Source: Bacillota bacterium (GTDB lineage Bacteria > Bacillota > Clostridia > Peptostreptococcales > Anaerovoracaceae). From it: a DNA stretch of 64,000 nt. The notes beneath the pieces are model-generated. The model did no database searches. It saw nothing but the letters and a program-made list of their open reading frames with translations, and had not been told where the DNA came from. Shown here one piece after another: positions 25,349 through 34,419 of the stretch. The position numbers and the translations under genes were made by a program. Every line of letters starts with the position of its first letter. The first letter of the stretch is position 1. Location: positions 38,050 through 102,049 of the forward strand of contig JAHZHA010000027.1 in assembly GCA_019420525.1 (NCBI GenBank). The letters run 5' to 3'.

Positions 25349-25639
25349 ATCCAGCGGCAGCCGGAAAATTCTACATAGCCTGCAGGAAGCAGGCATCCGG
25401 ATTCAGAAGAATTCGACATCCGGCATCTGCACCACACGGCTTCAGTTTTCCCCGGCGCATTGCGCCGCCCCGTCCGTCTGCGGGAACGGCCTTTTTTGCG
25501 TTCTCTCGTTATTTGAAATTTATGCTGAGAAGGCATATGGTTTTCAGAAGAAAATCGTATGCTTTCTTTTTTTGCGGTTGACTGGAAATACGTTCCGAAG
25601 GTCTGCCGCTGTAAAATGAAAGGAGTTATTTTTTACGGG

Positions 25640-27247
25640 ATGAGACAGAAAAAAGAAAAATTGAAATCAGACAGATCAGAACGGAAATATATCTGCTGCG
25701 CCCTGTGGGCGCTTCTGCTGCTGACAGTCCTTCTTCTCTTCGCCGGATGCGGTTCCAGCTCCGGAAGCGGTGATTCCGCCTCCCTGCGGGATGCGTCGAC
25801 TCTTGTCTACGGCAGCGGAGATTATACCCGTATCAATCCGGCCATGGACGAACACTGTGAGATAAATCTTCTGCTGTTCAACGGCCTCACCGCCCACGGA
25901 GAAGACAATGAAGTGATTCCTTGCCTGGCCAAAAGCTGGGAATTCGACCGCAGCACCTGTACATACACATTCCATCTGGAAGAAGATGTGACCTGGCACG
26001 ACGGAGAGCCTTTCACCGCCGATGACGTGAAATTCACTATTGAAGCCATTATGGATCCTGCCAATGGATCGGAAAACGCTCCTAATTACGAAGATGTGGA
26101 AGAGATCTCCGTCATCGACGACCATACTGTCTCTTTCCGACTTTCCGCCCCCAATGCGGCCTTTCTGGACTACATGACCATGGCCATTCTGCCGGAACAT
26201 CTCCTGAAAGACGAAGACATGCAGACTTCTGATTTTTTCCGCCATCCGGTGGGCACCGGACCATACGTGCTGACCGACTGGGAAGAAGGGCAGGCCATCA
26301 CCCTGACCCGCAATGAAGACTATTTCAAAGGAACGCCCGGCATCGAAAATATCATATTTAAGATCGTCACGGATGACAGTGTCAAAGCCCTCCAGCTGCG
26401 ATCCGGGGAATTGGATCTGGCTCAGCTGACGCCGAAAGACGCATCTTCCTTTGAAGACAGAGACGGTTTCACTTGTTATCGGATGGAGACTGCCGATTAT
26501 CGGGGTATTCTCTTCAATTTTCAGAACGAATACTGGCAGAAGAACCGCGATCTGATTCCCGCAGTCTGCTACGCCATAGACCGCCAGTCCATCGTGGATA
26601 CTGTTCTCCTGGGAGAAGGTATTCCGGCTTACGGACCTCTTCAGAGGAATATATATAATAACGAATATGTAAATCATTATGACTATAATCCGGAAAAGTC
26701 CATGGAAATACTCACCGAAGCGGGCTGTATCCGGAAAGATGACGGTTTCTTTTACCGGAACGGGGAAAAAGTGGCCTTCACCATCAGCGTCAGCGCCGGT
26801 GATCAGGTACGCATCGATATGGCGCAGATCGCAGCTCAGCAGCTGAAGGCCGCAGGCATAGATGTCACTGTGGATATCCCTGCCCGGGTAGACTGGGAAA
26901 ATCAGATGTCATATCTCATCGGTTGGGGAAGTCCCTTCGACGCTGACGATCACACTTACAAAGTCTTCGGGACCGGCAAGGGCGCCAATTATTCCGGCTA
27001 TTCCAACGATCTGGTGGACAGTGCGCTGATCCGGGCCCGCCGCACAGATGATCCGGCAGCCAGGGCCGAAGCCTATGACGAATTTCAGCAGGCTCTGTCC
27101 GAAGATCCCGCCTTTGCATTCATCTGCTACATTGATGCCAGTTACGTAGCCGTATCCGGTCTCAGCGGCATCGACGCAGATACCGTTCTGGGACATCACG
27201 GAACGGGCATCTTCCGCAATGTGGCGGAATGGATCATTGAGAGATGA
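25640..27247 (+). CDS. ABC transporter substrate-binding lipoprotein, family 5 (peptide/nickel type)
   Basis: Lipoprotein signal ...LLLFAGCGSS. SBP_bac_5-like length and composition. The start could also be ATG at 25616. Confidence 0.75.
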   Translation: MRQKKEKLKSDRSERKYICCALWALLLLTVLLLFAGCGSSSGSGDSASLRDASTLVYGSGDYTRINPAMDEHCEINLLLFNGLTAHGEDNEVIPCLAKSWEFDRSTCTYTFHLEEDVTWHDGEPFTADDVKFTIEAIMDPANGSENAPNYEDVEEISVIDDHTVSFRLSAPNAAFLDYMTMAILPEHLLKDEDMQTSDFFRHPVGTGPYVLTDWEEGQAITLTRNEDYFKGTPGIENIIFKIVTDDSVKALQLRSGELDLAQLTPKDASSFEDRDGFTCYRMETADYRGILFNFQNEYWQKNRDLIPAVCYAIDRQSIVDTVLLGEGIPAYGPLQRNIYNNEYVNHYDYNPEKSMEILTEAGCIRKDDGFFYRNGEKVAFTISVSAGDQVRIDMAQIAAQQLKAAGIDVTVDIPARVDWENQMSYLIGWGSPFDADDHTYKVFGTGKGANYSGYSNDLVDSALIRARRTDDPAARAEAYDEFQQALSEDPAFAFICYIDASYVAVSGLSGIDADTVLGHHGTGIFRNVAEWIIER

Positions 27248-27287
27248 TCCCCTGAGCCGGAAAAAAGGAAAGGAGAGAAACTGATAC

Positions 27288-28394
27288 ATGAGAAAAAAAG
27301 ATAAAGATGCGGAACCGGAAAGAGCAGCCAGCGCAGATCAGCGCGGGTCCGCATCTGAAGAAAAACGCGGAAAAACAGCAGAACGCCGGAAAGAGTCCGG
27401 TATCCTACTGTTTATCTTAAAAAAATCGTTCTTCTTTGTAATCAGTATGCTGCTGCTGTCTGCAGCCGTCTTCTGTATCTCCCGTCTCGCTCCCGGCGAC
27501 CCTCTCGTTTCGTACTACGGCGAACAGGCGGAGCGCATGAGTCCACAGCAGAGAGAACTGGCGGAAGAACGTCTGGGGCTGAACGCCCCTGTCTTCGTCC
27601 AGTATTTCCGCTGGCTCAGCGCCGCCCTTCACGGCGACTTCGGAATATCCTACAAATACAAAACCGATGTTCTGGAAGTGATCGCCGGCCGTCTGGACAA
27701 CACGCTTCTGCTGGCAGGCACCGGATTTGTCCTGATTTTTGTCCTTGCACTGCTTCTGGGTGCATTCTGCGCCCGTTTTGAGGATTCGTGGCCCGACAGG
27801 ATCCTGTGCAGAGCCGGGACGATTATCAGCTGTATTCCGGAGTTCTGGCTTTCGCTGATTCTCATTCTCATATTCAGCGTCTGGCTCCGCCTTCTTCCGG
27901 GAAGCGGAGCCTTCACTCCCGGCGAAGAGGGAAATATCTCAGACCGCCTGCTCCATCTCATTCTCCCTCTCACGGTGGTGACAGCCAGCCATCTCTGGTA
28001 TTACGCCTACATGATGCGTAACCGGCTTCTGCAGGAGATAAAGGCGGACTACGTTCTCATGGCAAAAGCCAAAGGGCTCACCAGCCGCAGAATTCTCTTT
28101 TCCCACTGTCTGCGCTGTGCCTTTCCTTCCTATCTCAGCATGATGGCCGTCTCTGTTCCCCATATCATGGGCGGAACCTATGTGGTGGAAACCGTTTTCT
28201 CCTATCCCGGTATCGGCACTCTGGCTTACGAAAGCGCCCGGTATCAGGATTACAATCTGCTCATGGTCATCTGCCTTCTGTCCGGTGCTGCGGTCATCTT
28301 CTGCAACGGCCTCAGCCACATCGTCATCCGGTACATCGACCCTAGAATCCACTTCCCGCAGACTTCAGAAAAATATCAGGCGGTGACAGAATGA
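27288..28394 (+). CDS. ABC transporter permease (DppB/OppB/NikB-like) with unusual basic N-terminal extension
   Basis: BPD_transp_1-like permease with 6 TM helices. RBS GGAAAGGAGAG 9 nt before the ATG. Confidence 0.75.
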   Translation: MRKKDKDAEPERAASADQRGSASEEKRGKTAERRKESGILLFILKKSFFFVISMLLLSAAVFCISRLAPGDPLVSYYGEQAERMSPQQRELAEERLGLNAPVFVQYFRWLSAALHGDFGISYKYKTDVLEVIAGRLDNTLLLAGTGFVLIFVLALLLGAFCARFEDSWPDRILCRAGTIISCIPEFWLSLILILIFSVWLRLLPGSGAFTPGEEGNISDRLLHLILPLTVVTASHLWYYAYMMRNRLLQEIKADYVLMAKAKGLTSRRILFSHCLRCAFPSYLSMMAVSVPHIMGGTYVVETVFSYPGIGTLAYESARYQDYNLLMVICLLSGAAVIFCNGLSHIVIRYIDPRIHFPQTSEKYQAVTE

Positions 28395-29350
28395 AAAACT
28401 ATAAAAGACATACCAATAATACCCAAAATACCACAGCCGCGCCGTCCCGCCGCTTCTCATACACCAGCTATCACTCCGAGCCGGGACAGGAATCTCGTTC
28501 TCCAAAAGAAAAAAGCGCAAAAAAAATACGGAGACAGAGAAAATCATTTCCTCTGCCTTCCGTCATCATTCTCGCTGTCATTCTCACGGGATGTCTCGTC
28601 TTTCCATTGATCACATCAAAAGATCCGGCCTGCATGAATCTGGACCACACGTCCGTTCCTCCAAATTCCCGGTTTTTCTTCGGCACCGATACTCTGGGAC
28701 GCGACATTTTTTCCATGATATGGAGTGGCGGCCGCGTTTCTCTGACTATCGGCCTCCTGTCAGCCGCAATTTCAGCTCTGTTAGCCGTAATTCTCGGTTC
28801 GGTAAGCGGCCTTGCATCCCGCAGGACAGATGCCCTTCTGATGCGCTTCACCGATCTGTTTCTCAGCGTGCCCGGTCTCCTGCTCATCGTCTTTCTTCAG
28901 GCTATTCTGGGCGAAGCAACCGTTCTCAGTCTTTCCCTCGTCATTGGCCTCACCGGCTGGCCGGTCATGGCTAAAGTTGTGCGGGCGGAAACGCTCCATC
29001 TGAGAACTGCCGGTTATGTCATCGCTTCCCGCGCGGCGGGTGCCGGCTTCTTTTATATCCTGCGCCGTCATCTGATCCCCGGATTTCTGCCTTCCATCCT
29101 GTTCATGGCCATCATGAATATCCGCAGCGCCGTGGTGTCTGAAGCCACCCTCAGCTTCATGGGTCTCGGTCTTCCTCTGGAAACCGTCTCCTGGGGCAGC
29201 ATGCTGTCTCTCGCCCAGCAGGCTCTGGCCGCTTCCTGCTGGTGGATCATCCTGATTCCCGGTCTATTTCTGATCGTCACGCTCCTGTGCGTCACCGATA
29301 TCGGAAATTATCTGAGGAAAAACACGGATAGACGTTACAGCAATCTTTAG
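28391..29350 (+). CDS. ABC transporter permease (DppC/OppC/NikC-like)
   Basis: Overlapping start (ATGA). N-terminal extension then 6 TM helices. No ATPase genes follow. Confidence 0.75.
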   Translation: MKNYKRHTNNTQNTTAAPSRRFSYTSYHSEPGQESRSPKEKSAKKIRRQRKSFPLPSVIILAVILTGCLVFPLITSKDPACMNLDHTSVPPNSRFFFGTDTLGRDIFSMIWSGGRVSLTIGLLSAAISALLAVILGSVSGLASRRTDALLMRFTDLFLSVPGLLLIVFLQAILGEATVLSLSLVIGLTGWPVMAKVVRAETLHLRTAGYVIASRAAGAGFFYILRRHLIPGFLPSILFMAIMNIRSAVVSEATLSFMGLGLPLETVSWGSMLSLAQQALAASCWWIILIPGLFLIVTLLCVTDIGNYLRKNTDRRYSNL

Positions 29351-29390
29351 CTCTGGATACAGACAGCCGGTGCAGCATCAGGAATTCCCG

Positions 29391-30191
29391 TCAGAACTTT
29401 CCCCCACCTCCGCCGTGCGAAGCACCGGAGGAAGAAGTATGAACACTGGAGCCTCCTGAATGTGTATTCTTTGGTATCGGCACACGGCTGATATGAGAAT
29501 ACAGATAAAGATCACTGTGTTCTGTGATCTCAAGACTTCCTTCTTTCACGTAATTTCCCGCATTTCTGCTGCTTTTTACCGACTTCAGCTGACTTTTCAT
29601 CACACCTGTAACGATGACAGCAGACACCAGCCCTACAGCAAGGGAAATTCCAATGCACAGCAGCCACGGAAAAGGTTCCTTGGGTACATTATCGACATCA
29701 TAAGGTGTCCCCAGCTTTGCCTGAGCGATAAACTGGTCACACTGCTCCGCATATGTCAAAAATGCGTCCAGATAATTTCCGGCGCTGAGATCTTCCAGGA
29801 ACTGATTTGACATATATTCAAGACCGGCATCGGTAACTGCTGTGCTGCCGAATCCGCGAGTGCTGATATACCAGTCTCTGTCTTCCATACTGACGAGAAG
29901 CAGAATTCCGTCACGGTCAGTTCCCATACCATAGCCATTGTGATCGAAAAAGTCATCCGCGTATTCCTGCGGTGATTTTCCTTCCAGGGTATCGGCAGTT
30001 ACCACAACCACATCCATTTGCTGCCGTTCGCTGATAGCATCCAGTTTCTCCAGAAGAACTCCTTCCTCTTCTGCAGTCAGAAGAGATGCACTGTCAACCA
30101 GTCTGGCCGGATGTGCTTCGCCGAAGACAGGTACAGCAACGATAACGCACAGCATCATTGTCATAAAGATCACTGCAAATTTTCTTTTCAT
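29391..30191 (-). CDS. TPM-domain (TLP18.3/Psb32/MOLO-1-like phosphatase-fold) membrane protein with Gly-rich C-terminal tail
   Basis: Signal peptide, TPM-like domain (..DVVVVTADTLEGKSPQEYADDFF..GILLLVSMEDRDWYISTRG), TM helix, and the tail ...SGASHGGGGGKF. RBS AAGGAGGG. The ORF-track start is over-extended. Confidence 0.6.
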   Translation of the reverse strand: MKRKFAVIFMTMMLCVIVAVPVFGEAHPARLVDSASLLTAEEEGVLLEKLDAISERQQMDVVVVTADTLEGKSPQEYADDFFDHNGYGMGTDRDGILLLVSMEDRDWYISTRGFGSTAVTDAGLEYMSNQFLEDLSAGNYLDAFLTYAEQCDQFIAQAKLGTPYDVDNVPKEPFPWLLCIGISLAVGLVSAVIVTGVMKSQLKSVKSSRNAGNYVKEGSLEITEHSDLYLYSHISRVPIPKNTHSGGSSVHTSSSGASHGGGGGKF

Positions 30192-30202
30192 ACAATCCCT
30201 CC

Positions 30203-31291
30203 TTATAACAACCACACGAGATAAGATACTGCAGCAGCAACCGCAGTAACGCCTGCTGCAACACCACAAAACCATTTCCAGAACAGGCCTCTGTCAACCG
30301 GCAGATTTACTGCGATCTTTCCCGTCTGCCCGTTCATGGCAAAAGTATACTTGCTGCCGTTCCAGTCTGTATTCAGAATCCATACGGGATAAAGAGCATA
30401 CTTCGCTTTTCCGTTTTTCAGCCGGACACTTACCGATTCGGGAATCAGTGAAACATAACCGTGCACGGTAGATGCGAAGGTCCCCTCCGTACTCGTACGT
30501 ATTCTCTGATTCGCACGGTCCACGCTGTTCTCCGCATCTACGTCATACTTGTCCGCAAAATATCCGGCCAGATATGCGGTTTGAAAGTCCACTGCGTCCT
30601 CAAAACCGAAAGGTTCGATAGATTCCATCAGATCATCTGCCATCTTCGAGGAACCGTCCACGGGAACACGCTCAAATGCCAGACGCCCTCCGCGCCGGAC
30701 AGAAAAATAACTGGTTCTGGTATAATTGTATTCGCTGTCGCTCCAAGTCTGGAGCTTTGTCCCCCGATACCTGATATCTGCGTCAGCATCGGCATCGAAC
30801 AGCCAGAAAGGTACATAAATGCCTTTTATCTCTTCGATATGATTTTGATCTTTAAACACTTTCGGCAGAAGACGTTTCCCTTTATAATGCCGCATCAGAG
30901 CTTCTTTCGCCGCTTCGCTGTCAAGCTTAAAAGGAATGACAAAATCAGGTCTCAGAAATCCTTTAAACTGTTCTGTCATCACTACGGGATTATCACAATA
31001 AGGACATGTCGTGGCAGCTGTGGTTTCATCCGTCACGATCTCACCTCCACAGGAATTGCAGACATAATAACGAAGACCGTCTGTCTCACCTTCCTGCCAT
31101 TCTCCTCCGGCCTGTGTCTCCCAGGTCATATCCTCCGGCTTTTCATTTTTCAGTTCGCTGTCATAAGAAGCCAAGGTCTCTACATCGAATTCCGTATCGC
31201 AGTACGGACATTTCATCTTCTGAATCGTGCTGTCAAAGCGAATGGATCCGCCGCAGCACGGGCACTTGAATTCCTGCAGTGTTGCTGTCAT
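30203..31291 (-). CDS. Double zinc-ribbon protein with C-terminal TM anchor, unknown function
   Basis: Two CxxC...CxxC ribbons (CPCCGG..CPYC; CNSCGG..CPYC), a large soluble domain, and a C-terminal hydrophobic helix. RBS GGAGGAAG. Confidence 0.5.
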   Translation of the reverse strand: MTATLQEFKCPCCGGSIRFDSTIQKMKCPYCDTEFDVETLASYDSELKNEKPEDMTWETQAGGEWQEGETDGLRYYVCNSCGGEIVTDETTAATTCPYCDNPVVMTEQFKGFLRPDFVIPFKLDSEAAKEALMRHYKGKRLLPKVFKDQNHIEEIKGIYVPFWLFDADADADIRYRGTKLQTWSDSEYNYTRTSYFSVRRGGRLAFERVPVDGSSKMADDLMESIEPFGFEDAVDFQTAYLAGYFADKYDVDAENSVDRANQRIRTSTEGTFASTVHGYVSLIPESVSVRLKNGKAKYALYPVWILNTDWNGSKYTFAMNGQTGKIAVNLPVDRGLFWKWFCGVAAGVTAVAAAVSYLVWLL

Positions 31292-31322
31292 ATATCTTCC
31301 TCCGTCTCTGCTCCGACTGAAT

Positions 31323-32678
31323 TCATCTCATATCTTCTTCACCGAAAGGATCTCCGCATTCCGGACAGAATTTCGGCGGATGCGCCGGATCTTCAGGTTC
31401 CCAGCCGCACTTGTCACAGCGGTACGTCGGAACTCCCTGCGGCTTCTTTGCCCCGCACTCAGTACAGAATTTCCCCTTATTTACCGCTCCACAGCTGCAT
31501 TTCCAACCTGTCTTATCAACGCTGTCCGGCCTTTTTGCCCCGCATTCCTGACAGAACTTTCCTTTATTCATCGCTCCGCAGCTGCATTTCCATATTGAAT
31601 CCGCTCCGACCGGTTCAGATTCTTCAGCCGGTATAGTCCCGTTTTTTCCGCTCTGCTTTATTGTCTGCTCCTTCTGTCTGCCCATGGCATATAATTCTTC
31701 GGCATGTATTCCTCCAGTACCCGCAGCCATTCCCATACCCATAAAACCTGCCATCGCTCCGTTCTCATTAGCCGCAGCTGTTCTCATGGCATCTGCCTGC
31801 GCACCTGCCAGCGTCGCCGCCGCCATAGTAGGATCTCTGAGAATCGCAGCCCGCTGTGCCTGTTTTATCATCTCGGCATCTTCTTCCGGCAGTGTCACCG
31901 AGCCCAGGGCAATGCTCACCACTTCCAGTCCTCTGAGCTTTCCCCATTTCTCAGAGAGAGCGCTGTTCATCGCCTGTTCCAGTTCCCCGCTGTGGCTGAC
32001 GATCTGATTCGGCCTCAGACCCAGTTCCGAAAGTCTTCCGAAGGCCGGCTGGAGAGCGCTTATAAATTCCGCCTTCAGCTGACCGTCCAGCTGATCTCTC
32101 GTATACTCCCTTTCCACATTTCCGCAGACTTTTTCATAAAACAAAAGCGGATCGGCAATCCGATACGAATATACGCCGGAACACCGTACCGAAACGTCGA
32201 TATCCAGCCCGATGCCGGGATCGGCGACACGGAACGGAATGGGATTTGGAGTACCGAATTTATTTCCCACCAGTTCTTTCATATTGAAATAATAGATTCT
32301 CTGATCTTTTCCGGTATCCCCGCCGTAAGTAAACCTTTTTCCGATGGTTTCAAAAGTCTCCATAATCGAATTATTTCCGTCAGCAAAAATGCTGGGCTCT
32401 GTGGAAGCGTCATACGTAAATTCGCCCGGTTCCGCACATACTTCCACGATCCTGCCCTGCTCCACGATAATCATACACTGTCCATCCGCCACAGCGATTC
32501 CGCTGCCGGCAGAAATAATATTATCGTCTCCTTTTGTATTGGAAGATCTGGACGAAGTGCGCTTCTTTCCCTTAGCCACGAGAACATCGCTGTTAAGGGC
32601 ATCACAGTAAAAGAATTCTTTCCATTGATCTGCCAGAGTCCCCCCTGCCGCTCCGAAAGCTGCTCTGATAAGCCCCAT
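31323..32678 (-). CDS. SPFH/Band-7-like domain protein (virion-core-protein-like family) with three tandem C-terminal zinc ribbons
   Basis: Family-typical N-terminus MGLIRAAFGAAGGTLADQWKEFFYCD. Start ATG 32678 with RBS GGAAAGGAGA. C-terminus has three repeated ribbons (WKCSCGAMNKGKFCQECGAK / WKCSCGAVNKGKFCTECGAK / YRCDKCG...FCPECG). Confidence 0.6.
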   Translation of the reverse strand: MGLIRAAFGAAGGTLADQWKEFFYCDALNSDVLVAKGKKRTSSRSSNTKGDDNIISAGSGIAVADGQCMIIVEQGRIVEVCAEPGEFTYDASTEPSIFADGNNSIMETFETIGKRFTYGGDTGKDQRIYYFNMKELVGNKFGTPNPIPFRVADPGIGLDIDVSVRCSGVYSYRIADPLLFYEKVCGNVEREYTRDQLDGQLKAEFISALQPAFGRLSELGLRPNQIVSHSGELEQAMNSALSEKWGKLRGLEVVSIALGSVTLPEEDAEMIKQAQRAAILRDPTMAAATLAGAQADAMRTAAANENGAMAGFMGMGMAAGTGGIHAEELYAMGRQKEQTIKQSGKNGTIPAEESEPVGADSIWKCSCGAMNKGKFCQECGAKRPDSVDKTGWKCSCGAVNKGKFCTECGAKKPQGVPTYRCDKCGWEPEDPAHPPKFCPECGDPFGEEDMR

Positions 32679-32846
32679 AATCAATCTCCTTTCCATTTAA
32701 AACTGTAAAAACTGTTAAATCATTATACCACAATCTCCGTTTCCCATCTTCTTAAGTCTTCGACGATTCCGGCGTTCCCTCCTGTGAAGTTTTTCATTTT
32801 ATTTTCTCGGTGATGAAACATTTCTCCTGTCTCAGGGATATAGTTA

Positions 32847-33398
32847 GTGAAATGCATTTCAGACGCCCGGAAGAAATCTCCGTCACCGGGCGGTCAAAAG
32901 GGGGTGAAGGATTCTTTGAGAGGCAATGACTTTGAAGAAGCCGCGGAAAAATACCGCGATCATATCTATGCTGTCGCATTTAATTTTTTCAGAAACAGTT
33001 CGGATGCAGACGACGTCGTTCAGGATGTACTTCTGAAACTATACCGATCTCAGCGTGAATTTGAAAGCGACGAACACGTCAGAAACTGGCTTCTGCGGGT
33101 AGCCGTCAATCATTGCAGAAAAATATCAGTTTCTTCCTGGTTTAAGAAAAATATTCCTCTGGAAGAATATGCTGCATCACTGGAATATGAAACACCGGAG
33201 GAAAGCGATCTGTTTTTCGCCGTCATGGCGCTGCCCAAAAAATACCGTATCATCGTCCACCTCTTTTATTATGAAGACTACAGCACGCGGGAAATCGCAG
33301 AAATGCTGAGACTCAAAGAACCCACAGTCCGTACCCGCCTCCTGCGGGCGCGGAAGTTATTAAAGGAGAGATTATCAGATGTCTGGAACGAAGAATAA
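32847..33398 (+). CDS. ECF-family RNA polymerase sigma factor
   Basis: Region 2 (DVVQDVLLKLYRS...RNWLLRVAVNHC) and region 4 HTH (YSTREIAEMLRLKEPTVRTRLLRARKLLKE). The likely true start is TTG at 32919, preceded by GGGGGTGAAGGA. Confidence 0.7.
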   Translation: MKCISDARKKSPSPGGQKGVKDSLRGNDFEEAAEKYRDHIYAVAFNFFRNSSDADDVVQDVLLKLYRSQREFESDEHVRNWLLRVAVNHCRKISVSSWFKKNIPLEEYAASLEYETPEESDLFFAVMALPKKYRIIVHLFYYEDYSTREIAEMLRLKEPTVRTRLLRARKLLKERLSDVWNEE

Positions 33399-33762
33399 CA
33401 GAGAATTGTACAAGGCCGCATTTTCGAAGCTCCATGCCTCGGACGCGGTAATCAGGAAGGAAGATAAAATGAGAAACGCCAAGAAAACAATCCGGCTGAA
33501 CAAACTGGCCGCCGCCTGCATATGCATCGCCCTTCTTACAGGCGCTACCTCCGGTATTACTTATGCTGCCACCGATGGCGATACTGCAAATCCGGTGAAA
33601 GCGGTAAAGATTTTTATTAACGGACAGGAACTCAGCGCGGATATGCAGAAAAACGATGACAGCTCCTATACCATCCATATGAAAAAAGGCGATAAAATCG
33701 ACGCTGAACTGGAAGACGGAACTTCTATATCTGCTTCTATATCAGATCAGACAGATGACTAA
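33379..33762 (+). CDS. Putative anti-sigma factor (single-pass membrane protein)
   Basis: Overlaps the sigma gene's end by 20 nt. A cytoplasmic N-terminal segment, one TM helix (LAAACICIALLTGA) and a short extracytoplasmic tail. Confidence 0.45.
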   Translation: MSGTKNNRELYKAAFSKLHASDAVIRKEDKMRNAKKTIRLNKLAAACICIALLTGATSGITYAATDGDTANPVKAVKIFINGQELSADMQKNDDSSYTIHMKKGDKIDAELEDGTSISASISDQTDD

Positions 33763-33777
33763 TAACCCGTATCGCAC

Positions 33778-33813
33778 AAAACCGGGCCTGCAAATCGCAG
33801 GTCCGGTTTTCAT
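33778..33813 (+). terminator. Intrinsic terminator after the sigma/anti-sigma pair
   Basis: AAAACCGGGCCTGC-AAATC-GCAGGTCCGGTTTT. Confidence 0.6.
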
Positions 33814-33906
33814 TTTCCTTTTCTTACCGCTGAACTTCCGTGATTCTGAAAAGAATTGCACATCGACAGAAAAAAATATATCATAGACAGAAAGAAAGGA
33901 GTAATT

Positions 33907-34419
33907 ATGAGACTTTTTATTTCTGTCGATTTTTCGGAAGAAATCCTGGAAGTTCTGAAGGATTCTATAGATCAGCTGAAACGCCAGTGTCGTTCAGCCA
34001 ATTTTACGAGAGAAGAAAATCTTCATCTGACGCTGGCTTTTATCGGAGAAACCCGGCGGGCAGAAGCTGCAGTCCGTGCCATGAAGAGGATCAACATGGA
34101 TTCCTTCCCCCTCACACTTAATGGATTCGGTCACTTCGGAGACCTGTTCTGGATCGGCACCGAAAAGAACGCCGCTCTGCACAGGCTAGCCAGCAACGTG
34201 AAAGAAGAACTCCTCGATGAAGACTTTGATATCGATCGCAAAAAATTCAGTCCTCATATCACTGTGGCACGCCGTGTGCGCCCGCAGTCCGCTCTCGGGA
34301 AAATCCACCTTTCTGTACCCCATACATCTATGACAGTTAAAGGGTTTTCACTTATGGAATCCCGCCGACATGACGGTAAGCTGATTTACCGTGAGATTTT
34401 CTGGAAATCATTAGACTAG
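33907..34419 (+). CDS. thpR: RNA 2',3'-cyclic phosphodiesterase (2H phosphoesterase, ThpR/LigT-like)
   Basis: Two H-x-T/S-x motifs (HLTLAF and HITVAR). RBS GAAAGGAG. The ORF-track start at 33856 is over-extended. Confidence 0.7.
   Translation: MRLFISVDFSEEILEVLKDSIDQLKRQCRSANFTREENLHLTLAFIGETRRAEAAVRAMKRINMDSFPLTLNGFGHFGDLFWIGTEKNAALHRLASNVKEELLDEDFDIDRKKFSPHITVARRVRPQSALGKIHLSVPHTSMTVKGFSLMESRRHDGKLIYREIFWKSLD

Noticed and set aside
24932-25396. 154-aa minus-strand ORF overlapping the DUF3842 gene
   Set aside because: The plus-strand frame has the family-typical MNILIIDAQGGGIGK start with an RBS and a consensus promoter. The minus frame is junk.
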